Notes: a model not told the origin generated them from the sequence alone. A stretch of DNA of 64,000 nucleotides from Promethearchaeia archaeon (GCA_029856105.1 JAHQWH010000189.1:32001-96000); one strand, 5' to 3'; shown: positions 21,343 to 32,082, counted from the first letter of the stretch. Numbers and translations are program-made.

Positions 21343-22566
21343 ATGAAATGTTATATCATTGATTCTTTAATAGGGATTTATGCTATTGATGATGGAGGAA
21401 ATTTCCTTAATTATATAGATTTTTTAGACGACATTCAAAAATCAGTAAATTTTTATAATTCATTAAATAGCGATACTCTCTCAGAAGAGTATTCAGATTT
21501 TATCAATGAGTTGAGAAATTCGGGTTCTGACGAGTTTATATTTGATAATAAAAAGCTACAGATTTTAACATCAAAAGAATTAGGAAGTAACACTTCTTTT
21601 GAAAGTCACTCTCTCGAGTTTAAAAATTTTCGCTTTAATTTAGAAGATCAACTGAAAGGAGTAGGGATTCATAAAACTCGAAAAGAAATTCTCTCTATTT
21701 TTAAGAAAGTTGAAGTTCAATTAATTAAGAAGAGAATAAGTCAGGCTGGAGCTCAGGGAGATGTAGAAATCATTCAAATCATAGAAACACTTGATATTCT
21801 TAAAAAATCAATAAGCCTATTCTCAAGTCGTCTTAGAGAATGGTATGGTTTGCATTTTCCGGAACTAGTTGATAAATTAATCGAAGAAAATGTCCTTATT
21901 GCAAAAATGGTTTCAATTTTAGGGCGCCGAGATAACTTTACTTACGATAAGATTACTCAAAATTTTAGTTTTAAGGAAGGAAGAATTAAAACATTGCAGA
22001 ATTTGGCTTCCCAATCAATGGGAGCAGATATTAATCTTAATATTATTAAAAACTACGCTAATCAAATTTTATCATTGGACGAGTTCAGGCAAGAATTAGA
22101 AGAATATTTAGATTCATTAATGGAACAAGTTGCTCCAAATCTCTATGCTTTAGTCGGAGGTTTGGTTGGGGCGAAATTAATAGCAAAAGCGGGAAGTTTA
22201 AAAGATTTAGCTTATATGCCAGCTTCGAGGGTTCAACTACTAGGTGCTGAAAAAGCTTTGTATAGGTTCCTTAAAACCGGTGAAAAACGCCCAAAACATG
22301 GGTTAATTTTTCAGTGGAATTTGATTAGAGGAAGTAAAGCGTATAACCGTGGAAAAATCTCTAGAGTGATTTCAGGGAAAATAGGAATTGCAACTAAAGT
22401 AGATTTTTTTAAAGGCGAGTTCATAGGAGATACTTTAGCAAAAGAAATTGAAGAAAAAATAAAAGAGATTGAAAAAAAATATCCAAAACCTCCAACAAAA
22501 AAAAGTGAGCCCAAAACCAAAATAAAATCAAATAAAAAGCAAACAAATAAGAAAAGAAGGAGGTAA
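21343..22566 (+). CDS. nop5: C/D box sRNP scaffold Nop5 (Nop56/58)
   Basis: RLREWYGLHFPEL, APNL..LVG, QLLGAEKAL.R, PKHG.IF; basic tail. Confidence 0.95.
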   Translation: MKCYIIDSLIGIYAIDDGGNFLNYIDFLDDIQKSVNFYNSLNSDTLSEEYSDFINELRNSGSDEFIFDNKKLQILTSKELGSNTSFESHSLEFKNFRFNLEDQLKGVGIHKTRKEILSIFKKVEVQLIKKRISQAGAQGDVEIIQIIETLDILKKSISLFSSRLREWYGLHFPELVDKLIEENVLIAKMVSILGRRDNFTYDKITQNFSFKEGRIKTLQNLASQSMGADINLNIIKNYANQILSLDEFRQELEEYLDSLMEQVAPNLYALVGGLVGAKLIAKAGSLKDLAYMPASRVQLLGAEKALYRFLKTGEKRPKHGLIFQWNLIRGSKAYNRGKISRVISGKIGIATKVDFFKGEFIGDTLAKEIEEKIKEIEKKYPKPPTKKSEPKTKIKSNKKQTNKKRRR

Positions 22567-22573
22567 AGTTAAT

Positions 22574-23263
22574 TTGAGCAATTTTAATATCAGAACACAT
22601 CCAAAATACTCTAACGTTTATATATCTGGACCTCCACATAACCTAAAACTTTATTCTAAAAACCTAGTTCCGGGTAATAGAGTGTACGGTGAGAAGCTAA
22701 ATACATTTAAAGGAGAAGAATATCGAGAATGGGACCCTCATAGAAGTAAATTAGCTGCAATGATATTGGAAAAACCTTCAGTGGATTTCTTATCTAGCGA
22801 ATTAAAATGTTTGTATTTAGGAGCGTCATCCGGTACTACAATATCTCATCTTTCAGACATAGTTTACAATGGAATTATTTATGGAGTAGAATTTGCTGAG
22901 CGTAGTATGCGACAATTAATTCAAAACACCAAAGATAGAAAAAATATTGTTCCAATATTAGGAGACGCTAATTTTCCGGAAAAATATGCTAATTCCGTTT
23001 TTACTAATATTGATTTAGTTTATCAAGATATTGCTCAACCAAACCAAGCACAAATTGCTATTGCGAACTGTAGTTATTATCTAAAGGATAAAGGAACTCT
23101 AATTCTTGCAATTAAATCTCAATCAATAGATAGTGTTCAAAAGCCTGAAAAAATATACATCCAAGAGAGAAAGATTTTAGAAAAAGCGGGTTATAAAATA
23201 AGCGAAAGCTTCAACATTCATAAATACGCAGCGAATCACATTATTTTAATTGTCCACAAATAA
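22574..23263 (+). CDS. flpA: Fibrillarin-like rRNA/tRNA 2'-O-methyltransferase
   Basis: VYGE, REWDP.RSKLAA, LYLGASSGTT.SH, YQDIAQP.Q. Confidence 0.96.
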   Translation: MSNFNIRTHPKYSNVYISGPPHNLKLYSKNLVPGNRVYGEKLNTFKGEEYREWDPHRSKLAAMILEKPSVDFLSSELKCLYLGASSGTTISHLSDIVYNGIIYGVEFAERSMRQLIQNTKDRKNIVPILGDANFPEKYANSVFTNIDLVYQDIAQPNQAQIAIANCSYYLKDKGTLILAIKSQSIDSVQKPEKIYIQERKILEKAGYKISESFNIHKYAANHIILIVHK

Positions 23264-23303
23264 TTTAGGCAATATTTTTGTTAATATTCATTTTAAAAAA
23301 AAT

Positions 23304-24020
23304 TTATACAAAATCAGTAATTTTTTTCGAATATAATTCTTCTCTGATAATTTTTTTCGTAGTTTCCCATGATTTTCTCGCGATAGGTGGAGCTTTCTTA
23401 TTCTTTCTTATCCATTCTCGAAGGAATGTAGTACTTCGTACATCTGAGGGATATCCTGAGCCAAAATCTCCATATTCTTTTTTTAATTCTTCAATGATTC
23501 TATCCCTCATATCTTTAGCGATAATTGAGCTCGCTGAAACTATTGGGTATAAATCGTCAGCCTTATGTTTAGAAATGATTTTTTTTGGTGAATAATTTAA
23601 TAATGTTTGAATAGATGTTTTAAATCTATCTTCAATAACATCTGCTGCGTCTATATAAATTACATCTGGTTTCAGTTCATTAATAATTTCTGCCATTTTC
23701 AGTTCTTCAAGTCTATTCAGTGTGATTTTCTTCTTTTCTCTTGCGTCTATTTCTTGAGCTCCAATAATTTTTGCTATATATGTTTTACAATTTCCTTTTA
23801 TAATTTTAGCTAATTCACTTCGTCTTTTAGTAGATAATTTTTTTGAATCTTTAACCCCGATTTCTGTTAGAAGCCCCAATTTTGATTTAAGGAAGCACAC
23901 ACCACAAATAACCATAGGGCCCAAGACAGGCCCTCTACCCGCCTCGTCAATGCCACAAATAACTTCTTGGTTAGTTCCCTGATTCTTGGATGAGCTCAAC
24001 GAATTCCTCTTCATCATCAA
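23304..24020 (-). CDS. rnhB: Ribonuclease HII (true start probably somewhat downstream of the ORF start)
   Basis: GIDEAGRGPVLGPMV, DSKKL, HKAD, SASSIIAK, GSGYPSD. Confidence 0.95.
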   Translation of the reverse strand: MMMKRNSLSSSKNQGTNQEVICGIDEAGRGPVLGPMVICGVCFLKSKLGLLTEIGVKDSKKLSTKRRSELAKIIKGNCKTYIAKIIGAQEIDAREKKKITLNRLEELKMAEIINELKPDVIYIDAADVIEDRFKTSIQTLLNYSPKKIISKHKADDLYPIVSASSIIAKDMRDRIIEELKKEYGDFGSGYPSDVRSTTFLREWIRKNKKAPPIARKSWETTKKIIREELYSKKITDFV

Positions 24021-24981
24021 TTTTTTCTAGATTTCTAATTCTAATGATGGGAATTTTAATTTTTTTAAGAGAATCGGGTATTTTAATCTCATTGTTTACT
24101 ATAAAAAGAGAATTTTTTTGAAACAGTTCAGTAAACATCTTCAAACATCTAAAACTAAGCTCGTTAATTTTTTTATCTTCTTCAGAAACTCCTGAAAAGA
24201 GAGGGTAAACGCTGCTTTCTTTATTCTCGTCAATATATTTAGAATATAACGATAGTTTGAAAGGAATTGAACCTTTCTTAGACCAATAAGAACAAATTCC
24301 AATGTCATTCAAAACTTCTTGAAGATGAGATTCAAAAGAGCTCAAATTGATATCTTCTTGCAGGTCTTTTCGATCCATACTAAAATTGAAATTCCAATCA
24401 AAAATGTTAATTCTTCTAAAAAGATCATTACATTCTAGTATTAATGAGATTTTATTAGCTATTTTTTCAGAAGGTCGCATGCTTTCATTTTCATACGCAC
24501 AGACAGTTCTTTTAGTAATTCCAAGTCTTCCAGATAGTTCTTTTCGTGAGATTGCTTGTTTTTCTCTCAAAGATTTCATTAAATTACCGTTTAAAAACAT
24601 CACACCCCCTCCTCTTCTCGCTAGAATGTATGGATATAACTCTTTACTGAGAATATTTTCTAATGTAGTTAAAGTTATAAACGGCAACCCCTCTCTAATG
24701 TAAATAGTGTTATCTTCTAATTTGTGATAACGATTTCTAATTCCTATTAACAAGGGTTTAGATTTTAACAATAGGGATAAAGATTTTATATCGTTTATTA
24801 TATCAGCGTTTAAATTATCAATATTGGAAAAAATTTTTACGCTAAAAACTAAATCATTTTTTTTTACTAATAAGTCAAAACAAAACTTGCTTTTTTTATT
24901 AGAAAAGGAATCTAAAATAAATGTCTCAAATTTAGCCCTTTTAAGCATATTATCTATTTTTTCAAGTACCGCTTCAATCAT
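23971..24981 (-). CDS. Archaeal HTH-type transcriptional regulator (XRE HTH with flanking domains)
   Basis: CFDL....., NID, ARRGG, LREKQAISRKELSGRLGITKRTVCAYE HTH. Confidence 0.85.
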   Translation of the reverse strand: MIEAVLEKIDNMLKRAKFETFILDSFSNKKSKFCFDLLVKKNDLVFSVKIFSNIDNLNADIINDIKSLSLLLKSKPLLIGIRNRYHKLEDNTIYIREGLPFITLTTLENILSKELYPYILARRGGGVMFLNGNLMKSLREKQAISRKELSGRLGITKRTVCAYENESMRPSEKIANKISLILECNDLFRRINIFDWNFNFSMDRKDLQEDINLSSFESHLQEVLNDIGICSYWSKKGSIPFKLSLYSKYIDENKESSVYPLFSGVSEEDKKINELSFRCLKMFTELFQKNSLFIVNNEIKIPDSLKKIKIPIIRIRNLEKIDDEEEFVELIQESGN

Positions 24982-25096
24982 ATATTCCCATTAATTAAAA
25001 GATAAATAGCTAATTAAATTTTTTTTTATTGTGATATTACCTTCAAACTAAATTAATTTAATTGTTATTTTAATTTCTCTAAATGAAGATTAACCT

Positions 25097-25663
25097 TTAA
25101 TTACTTGTGAGTTTAAGGAAATCAGCATCAGTTATAATTCCAATAAATACATTATTTTCTTTTACTAATACGGCAGAATATTTAATTAATAAATTTGATA
25201 TGTCTTTAGCGTTCCAATTTTTTTCAACTTCTGGAAAGGGCAATTCTATAATAGTTAAAATATCTGCGTTTATTAAATCTGGAGTTGTAGTAATATGTTT
25301 CTGAATTTTTTTGGCAGTTATACTTCCGAAATTATGGTTTTTTTCTAAAATCGGTATCTGTGAAAAATTGTATTTACTCATTAACGTAATAACATCCTTT
25401 ATGGTCGAATCTGGTGTTATAGATATTATATTTGGAGTCATAATATCTTCTGCGTGCTTTTTTGAACTTTTTTTCTTCATTCTTTCATTTTCTAGAAATT
25501 CGATAATTTTTTTCACTTTAGAATAAGGTGGGTCCATGTCTCCATTTTCTATTCTTGAGATTGTAGATTGCGAAATATCTAATTTCTCACCTAATTCTTT
25601 TTGGCTAATGTTTAATTTTTTTCTTAAATATTTGATTTGAGATAAATTTGGCAAAACTTCCAT
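25097..25663 (-). CDS. XRE-family HTH regulator with CBS-domain pair
   Basis: LRKKLNISQKELGEKLDISQSTISRIENG..DP; two CBS repeats (FSQIP, GIIT.AD). Confidence 0.9.
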   Translation of the reverse strand: MEVLPNLSQIKYLRKKLNISQKELGEKLDISQSTISRIENGDMDPPYSKVKKIIEFLENERMKKKSSKKHAEDIMTPNIISITPDSTIKDVITLMSKYNFSQIPILEKNHNFGSITAKKIQKHITTTPDLINADILTIIELPFPEVEKNWNAKDISNLLIKYSAVLVKENNVFIGIITDADFLKLTSN

Positions 25664-25815
25664 TTTAGAATGCGTAAAACTTATTTAGTATAATTTAAGT
25701 GCATATTTCATGCAATATATGCATATTATTATCAATAATTATTAATAATTATTATTAATTTAAAAAAAACATAATAAAATAATTATTTCTATAAATAAGA
25801 AAGAGTTTAATCAAA

Positions 25816-27057
25816 ATGTTGAAAATCACACAGGCTGACTTTTTACCTATTGAAAAAAGTAAATTTCCTGAAATTTGCGAAAGAAAAGGAATAGGACATC
25901 CAGATAGCGTTTGCGATGCCGTTGCTGATGCTTGTTCGAGAGCGTTATGTGTTTACTATTTGGAACATTTCGATAGAGTGTATCATCACAACGTTGATAA
26001 GGCCGCTTTGGTTGGTGGTGTTGCCAAACCTGAATTCGGAGGAGGTATGATCATTCAACCACAATATTTTTTAATAGTAGGAAGAGCTATACATCAAATT
26101 CTTACAGAATGTGGAACTGAGCATAAATTGGAATATGTACCTGTTGCTACTATTTGTCTTGATACACAACGCCAAATACTCGCAAAAATATTTAGAAACC
26201 TTGATTTAGCTAGAGATATACAATTCGATTATGCAGTTCGACCAGGGTCTATAGATTTAACCGGAGTTTTTGACGAGTCTCATCATTCGGAAGAAATTCC
26301 CCTCTCAAATGATACAAGTTTTGGAGTAGGATACGCTCCATATTCAGATGTAGAAAAAATAACGTTAGAAGCAGAATACCTTATTAATTCTCCGAGTTTC
26401 AAGGATAAATGTAAGGGATCGGGTGAAGATGTTAAGGTAATGGTTGAAAGAATTGATAACAAGGTTGGAATCACCATTGCGGCTGCAATGGTCAGCAAGT
26501 ACATCAACGATGTTGATGAGTATATTAATTATACAAATCAAATTAAAGACGCTGTATTAGATTTAGCGGCTAAAATCATCCCAGAACGCGAAGTCACTTG
26601 CCAAGTAAATGTAGCAGATATTCTAAAGAAAGAACTTTTGTTTCTTACCATAACGGGCACATCGGCTGAGGCAGGCGATGACGGCGAAGTAGGACGTGGA
26701 AACCGGTCTAACGGTCTAATAACACCTTGCAGAACTATGAGTTTAGAGGCTGTTTGTGGAAAAAATCCAATTAATCATGTAGGTAAAATCTACAACATTT
26801 TAGGAACGGAGATCGCCAGAGAAATTTATAAGAGAGGAGAAGGTGACATTTTAGAGGCACATGTGAAGCTTTTATCCCAAATCGGGCGCCCAATTACGGA
26901 TCCATGGGTAAATTCGATAGAGTTAATTCCTGCTGAAAATGTTAATTTTGCTAGTATTGAAAAAATCGCGAAAGAAGTCTCTGAAGAAAAATTGAGCAAG
27001 GAGTCCATGATTGATCTAAGGAAGCGATTGATTGCAGGGAAAATACAAGTATTTTAA
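25816..27057 (+). CDS. mat: S-adenosylmethionine synthetase, archaeal type
   Basis: ERKGIGHPD, HHNVDK, NDTSFGVGYAP, GEDVKVM, GTSAE.GDDG.VGRGNR, GKNP.NHVGKIYN. Confidence 0.96.
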   Translation: MLKITQADFLPIEKSKFPEICERKGIGHPDSVCDAVADACSRALCVYYLEHFDRVYHHNVDKAALVGGVAKPEFGGGMIIQPQYFLIVGRAIHQILTECGTEHKLEYVPVATICLDTQRQILAKIFRNLDLARDIQFDYAVRPGSIDLTGVFDESHHSEEIPLSNDTSFGVGYAPYSDVEKITLEAEYLINSPSFKDKCKGSGEDVKVMVERIDNKVGITIAAAMVSKYINDVDEYINYTNQIKDAVLDLAAKIIPEREVTCQVNVADILKKELLFLTITGTSAEAGDDGEVGRGNRSNGLITPCRTMSLEAVCGKNPINHVGKIYNILGTEIAREIYKRGEGDILEAHVKLLSQIGRPITDPWVNSIELIPAENVNFASIEKIAKEVSEEKLSKESMIDLRKRLIAGKIQVF

Positions 27058-27183
27058 TTTTTAAGTTTAGAATAGTAAAATTTTTTTATTCTTTTTTTAT
27101 TAAATAATAGATCTGAATAGTAAAAAATAACTAGAAATTTTTGTGTAAGAAATTAAATAAATTAAAATTGATGTGAGTTAAGT

Positions 27184-27438
27184 CTGGGATTAGAGAAGTG
27201 GATAAATCCAGAAGAAACTAAAAAAAAGCCAAAGATAAAAGATGGTACTAAAAAACCTAAAAAGACTGAATCTAAGTCTAAAGAAATAAAAGGTACAATA
27301 GGACCAAAAAATTTATTGAAATTCTACTTAGTGTGTCCAAAGGCAAAATGTAAATATCAAAAGACGATAAGAAAGAAAGAGTTAACAGATAAAGATAAAA
27401 TCTGCCCTAGATGTAAAAGTATAATGAAAATCAAGTAA
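27184..27438 (+). CDS. Small basic zinc-ribbon protein (84 aa, CTG start; not in ORF track)
   Basis: (M)GLEKWINPEETKKKP...LVCPKAKCKY...ICPRCKSIMKIK*; in-frame TGA at 27169 forces a non-ATG start; GTGAG SD-like sequence upstream. Confidence 0.7.
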   Translation: MGLEKWINPEETKKKPKIKDGTKKPKKTESKSKEIKGTIGPKNLLKFYLVCPKAKCKYQKTIRKKELTDKDKICPRCKSIMKIK

Positions 27439-27441
27439 ATT

Positions 27442-27693
27442 TTAATTAGAAATATCTTGTTCTAAAATGTCTTTATCTGGAAGGTTCTCTAGATCAAATT
27501 GAGAATCACAATTAGGGCATCGGTCTTTCTTTTTACTATATTTCAAGATGAGATAAATGAAAATCCCTAACCCGCAAGTTAGGATAACCATGAATGCCAA
27601 TATCTCATGATAAATGTGTTCAAAATTCTTGCGTCTTAGTACGATTTTTTGTTCACATGTAGGACAATAAACAATTTTTTTCCCCGTAATAAT
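27442..27693 (-). CDS. LITAF-like zinc-ribbon membrane protein (about 83 aa, non-ATG start; not in ORF track)
   Basis: IITGKKIVYCPTC...EILAFMVILTCGLGIFIYLILKYSKKKDRCPNC...: CxxC, hydrophobic helix, CxxC. Confidence 0.7.
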   Translation of the reverse strand: MITGKKIVYCPTCEQKIVLRRKNFEHIYHEILAFMVILTCGLGIFIYLILKYSKKKDRCPNCDSQFDLENLPDKDILEQDISN

Positions 27694-27942
27694 CGACCGT
27701 TTTTTGTTATTTTATATAATTAGATAGGTAAATTGTTAATTTAATTATTTTGTGTTATAATTGAAAAATTCAAAATTAAAGCTAAAAAGCTATTTATTCT
27801 TCATTTTTTCAATTTGTAATTTTATATTGAAATAAAAAAAAAATGTAATAAACATAGGCTAAATATTATTAATGTTGAATTTTATATCATTAATAATATT
27901 TTTCAAATTAAAAATTAAAACAAATTAGAAAAGGTTTTAACA

Positions 27943-28890
27943 ATGCCAATTTGTTATCATTGTGGAGTGGAAGTCCCTGAAACATTCAACTGTACTAAAT
28001 GTGGTCAAAATTATTGTTCTTTACATAAAAATCCTATTGATCACGAATGTAATATTGTAATCGAAAGTCAACATTTACAACAATATCAACAATCACCTCC
28101 TACTTATGTTGAAAGCTCTCAAATTCCGTTTTCTCAACAAGAGCATATGTATCAGCAACAATTAACTCCAAGCGAAGTGCGTGGAACGACAGATGGGACT
28201 TATACGTGGTATCGGCAAGAACAAACAGTTCCAGAAAACGCTTTCGATCCAGACTCTGGAATCTCGTTCAAGGGTATATTTCTGGCTCATAAATCTGAAT
28301 TAACTCATTTCTTAATTGCAGGGATAATGATATATGCCATAGGATTGTTGAGCTTTTATAACAGTTTAGGCCCTACATATTTTTGGACTTTATTTGTACT
28401 TGCTGCTTTTTATGTGACTGCTTTTCTCTTTCACGAATTAGGGCACCGCCAAGTAGCTGTTCATTTTAAATTGCAAACAAAATTTAGATTACTTACATAT
28501 GGTTTGCTGATGACATTAATCTCTCTTGGAAGGTTTGCTTTACCTGGAGCGGTTGTCGTTTTAGGTCTTGACAAGATTAGTAGAAAAACGGGATTATGTA
28601 AAGCAGCAGGTCCTTTCGTAAATTTGGTGTATGGCACACTATTGTTTCTAATTTCATTTATAGTTCCAAGGTCATTATATCCACTGAATTATATCTTTTG
28701 TATAGGAGCTTATTTAAATTTCATGTTAGGATCATTCAATATGATCCCTTTTGGAATTTTGGATGGGCAAAATATATGGAAATGGAAAAAGAAAGTATAT
28801 TTTGGATTGATTGGGTCATTAGTACCATTGCTTATTATAACAATGGTTATTACAAATACTTCCTTAAGTCTAAATCTCTATCATCCATAA
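27943..28890 (+). CDS. AN1-type zinc finger + M50 (site-2) intramembrane metalloprotease
   Basis: C..C...F.C..C...YC..H....H.C, Q/P-rich linker, HELGH, AAGP..N, NMIP...LDG. Confidence 0.88.
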   Translation: MPICYHCGVEVPETFNCTKCGQNYCSLHKNPIDHECNIVIESQHLQQYQQSPPTYVESSQIPFSQQEHMYQQQLTPSEVRGTTDGTYTWYRQEQTVPENAFDPDSGISFKGIFLAHKSELTHFLIAGIMIYAIGLLSFYNSLGPTYFWTLFVLAAFYVTAFLFHELGHRQVAVHFKLQTKFRLLTYGLLMTLISLGRFALPGAVVVLGLDKISRKTGLCKAAGPFVNLVYGTLLFLISFIVPRSLYPLNYIFCIGAYLNFMLGSFNMIPFGILDGQNIWKWKKKVYFGLIGSLVPLLIITMVITNTSLSLNLYHP

Positions 28891-29036
28891 CCTAAACGAT
28901 AAAACCATAACTAGTTTAATTTCTTTAAAGTTCAATATTCTCTTGAAAGTCATAAAAAATTTTAAAAAAAATTATGTATGATGATAGTTTTAAAACATTA
29001 AATTAGATAAAATAAAGCGATTTTAAAAAAAAATTT

Positions 29037-29936
29037 ATGACATTTTGCGAACATTGTGGCGAAAAGATCACTTATTTACCTTTTAATTGTAAGTATTGTG
29101 GCGGAGTTTATTGTAAAAAACATAGACTACCAGAAAATCATCAATGTACTTTTGAAATCAAACATGGACCTATTGTCCCTTTAAATTTGAGAGAAAGCCC
29201 TTCAAAAAGTGTTAATTCGCAAAAAACTCCAAGAGAATTTAAGAAATATATGAAAAGACAAGAAAAACAAAATCAAAGAACAATAAAATATTACGAAAGT
29301 TATGATAAAAAAACAACAAAAACCAACGGTACAACATTCTTAATTATCGCGATTTTTATCATGTCTATAGCTGCTATGGGAGTCCCTTTATATTTAACTT
29401 TGAGTAGTTATAGCTTTATAGAATTATATTTGTGGACATTATTTACATCTCTTTTTGTTAGTTATACTTCTGACTTATTTGGATTGTTTTTTCTATTTAT
29501 CTTAATAATATTTTTTAATATGATAATTAAAAATATAGAACGTGTGTTTGGAACTAAATTTTTATTGCAATTGTATTTTATTTGCGCTATTTTTACGGGA
29601 TTAGTTTATATTTTATTATTACTCCTGTTACAATTGATTTACATACCATATGGAAGCTTGATTTTTGTTCCATACGGTTTAGCCTCAGGTGCTCTATTAG
29701 GAGTCATATGCTTCATGATTTTTATGAACTGGGACCGAGAAATGACATTTTTATTATTCTTTTTTCCAATAAGGATGCGGGGAAAAACTATAATTACTTT
29801 CTTAGTTTTATTAAAAGTTGTTCCAGGTCTATTATTTGCAATTGGTGAACCACTTTATTTACTTATTTATCTTCCTGATTTAGGAGGTATATTAGCGTCA
29901 TACCTTGTTCATTACTATAAATTTAAGTATCGATAA
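29037..29936 (+). CDS. AN1-type zinc finger + rhomboid-like membrane protein (probably inactive)
   Basis: CEHC..LPF.C.YC...YC..HRLPE.H.C; W..FTS.F, ER.FG, LASGA, PDLGG in place of AHLGG. Confidence 0.8.
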   Translation: MTFCEHCGEKITYLPFNCKYCGGVYCKKHRLPENHQCTFEIKHGPIVPLNLRESPSKSVNSQKTPREFKKYMKRQEKQNQRTIKYYESYDKKTTKTNGTTFLIIAIFIMSIAAMGVPLYLTLSSYSFIELYLWTLFTSLFVSYTSDLFGLFFLFILIIFFNMIIKNIERVFGTKFLLQLYFICAIFTGLVYILLLLLLQLIYIPYGSLIFVPYGLASGALLGVICFMIFMNWDREMTFLLFFFPIRMRGKTIITFLVLLKVVPGLLFAIGEPLYLLIYLPDLGGILASYLVHYYKFKYR

Positions 29937-29952
29937 GAATAAACGAGTTAAA

Positions 29953-30609
29953 ATGCCAGAAGAAGGATTGTCAAAAATAATAGAATTAAACGAGGATTTA
30001 ATCGAAAACAACGAGCGGTTAGCAGCCAAAAATAAAAAAGATTTTAGCAAATATAATATTCGCTCGTTTGATATTGTTGGAGCTATAGGAGCTGGAAAAA
30101 CAGCCCTTTTAGAATCGATATCAGAGATGATTTCTAAAGAAAAAAGGGTTTTAGTAATAAATGGAGATGTAGCTACAAGAATTGACGCTGATCGCATAGA
30201 GAAACATGGTGTAAAAACCATCCAAATTAATACAGGTCGAGAATGCGCTCTAAATTCTTATCACATCTCTCAAGTAATAAAAAATCACGATTTAAGCAAT
30301 TACGACGTCGTTTTTATAGAAAACGTGGGAAATCTTATTTGTCCCTCAGATTTTATCTTAGGAACCAATAAGCGTATTGTAGTAGTTTCCATTACCGAAG
30401 GTCCATGGGTAATTCGGAAGCATCCTTTATTGTTTAAATTTTCAGATATTGCAATTATTAATAAAATTGATTTAATTGATGTGATTGACGTAAAAGTTGA
30501 AGAAATGATCAACGATGCCAAGGAAATAAATCCAAACATCAAAATAATTACAACAAGTGCAATTACAGGAGAAAACATTCCTAACCTTATTCAATCCTTA
30601 GAAATATAG
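29953..30609 (+). CDS. hypB: Hydrogenase nickel incorporation GTPase
   Basis: GAGKT.LLE, QINTG.EC.L, IENVGNLICP..F.LG, NKID; ATG 29953. Confidence 0.93.
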   Translation: MPEEGLSKIIELNEDLIENNERLAAKNKKDFSKYNIRSFDIVGAIGAGKTALLESISEMISKEKRVLVINGDVATRIDADRIEKHGVKTIQINTGRECALNSYHISQVIKNHDLSNYDVVFIENVGNLICPSDFILGTNKRIVVVSITEGPWVIRKHPLLFKFSDIAIINKIDLIDVIDVKVEEMINDAKEINPNIKIITTSAITGENIPNLIQSLEI

Positions 30610-30879
30610 GAGTTTAAGATTTTTTCTATACTTGTTAAATACAATGAAAGAGTATAAAACATTTTAAAAAAGAAAGGAAAATAAGTTATACTCTTTATAA
30701 TAAAAGAGCATAAAAAAATTATGGAACTACTTCTCCACTATGAAACATTTTTACTCACTCATTTCGTTAATCTATTTTTTTCAATTTATTTTACAATATT
30801 ATTTAAACCTAAAGTGAAACAACTGAAATTATAGATCAAAATATTTAAACTCCTAAAATTTCAACATATATTAATAATT

Positions 30880-32082
30880 TTACACCAAATCTGAGGGTAA
30901 AATCGGGTTAACGAGCAGATTTCGAAAGTCCTTAACTGAAGGGAATTCACCATATTTATTTATTATGAGTTTTGCTCCAGAATTATAGGAAAAAACAGTT
31001 GTTGAGTATATAGGGTTAGAAAGTGAATTTATTTGATTTTTTATGTTTTCTTCGTTAAAAATTTCAAAGTTTGTTGCATATTGAATTAAGTCCTCATTGT
31101 TCCACTCGTCAATAAGAGCATGATAAGCGAAATTATACCAAAAAAGCGATAATTTTCCTTTTACTTTGCTTTGTGCTATTAATGCTTCAATAGAAGATTC
31201 TATTGACGGGTCTGGACATAATTCTTGTAAACTAACTTCAGCTTGTTCTTGATAGGAAGTAAAGAGCGCATTCGCGGCTAAATCTGCAATTCCTTCACTA
31301 ATTATTAATTTAGGTGAATGTAGCAGCAATATTGAGTGTTCGAACTGATTTAACTCGCGATATAACCTCTGTTCTTTGACCACAAATTCCGTGTGGTGTC
31401 CAGGATATCCTTCGTGAGTGGCAAAAAACAAAAACGCCGTCCAATACATACTATAATTCGGATTGACTTCTAATCGTGAGCGAAAATTACCCAAGTACCA
31501 TTCATAGCATGGGAATTTTATTTTTTGATTTTTTACTAACTCTACAATGATGTGTTCTTTTTTAGGTAGAAGATCGACAAACAATTCTTTAGTTTTCTTT
31601 TCTGCGATGTTAAGCGCTTTTTTAAACAATACAAAAACATTCGCTTCAGGAACCGTTCGTTGCACTCTTATTTCATTCATTCGCTCTTTTAAGCTTCCAG
31701 ATCCCTTATAAGCCTCGTTAAACTCTTCTTTTAAGTTATCTAATTCAGATTCTTTAACGGGCCGTAAGGCTACATCGTATAACCTTAAAGCTTGTTCCTT
31801 AATAGTAATCTCGATACCGTTTAAAATCTCGATCGAAGTCCTCATCGCCGTTAACATCTTTTCTAAGTATCGCTCGCGATTTTTGTCGTAACCTTGTTTA
31901 AACAAATCTTTTTGTAAAGCTTTGCAATCGGTTAAAAGCTTGTTTGGTGAAATTATTACCTCATTGTCAACGATTTTACGTAATTTTTTAGGACCAATAT
32001 AAAAATCTACATATCCCTTATTGTGTTTGTCTATGTGAAGTGTTAAACACAGAAATCTTTTTCCATATTCAGATAATTTCAT
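30880..32082 (-). CDS. DUF885-like putative zinc metallopeptidase (paralog 2)
   Basis: HEGYPGHHTEF; end-to-end similarity to 1824-3032. Confidence 0.7.
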   Translation of the reverse strand: MKLSEYGKRFLCLTLHIDKHNKGYVDFYIGPKKLRKIVDNEVIISPNKLLTDCKALQKDLFKQGYDKNRERYLEKMLTAMRTSIEILNGIEITIKEQALRLYDVALRPVKESELDNLKEEFNEAYKGSGSLKERMNEIRVQRTVPEANVFVLFKKALNIAEKKTKELFVDLLPKKEHIIVELVKNQKIKFPCYEWYLGNFRSRLEVNPNYSMYWTAFLFFATHEGYPGHHTEFVVKEQRLYRELNQFEHSILLLHSPKLIISEGIADLAANALFTSYQEQAEVSLQELCPDPSIESSIEALIAQSKVKGKLSLFWYNFAYHALIDEWNNEDLIQYATNFEIFNEENIKNQINSLSNPIYSTTVFSYNSGAKLIINKYGEFPSVKDFRNLLVNPILPSDLV

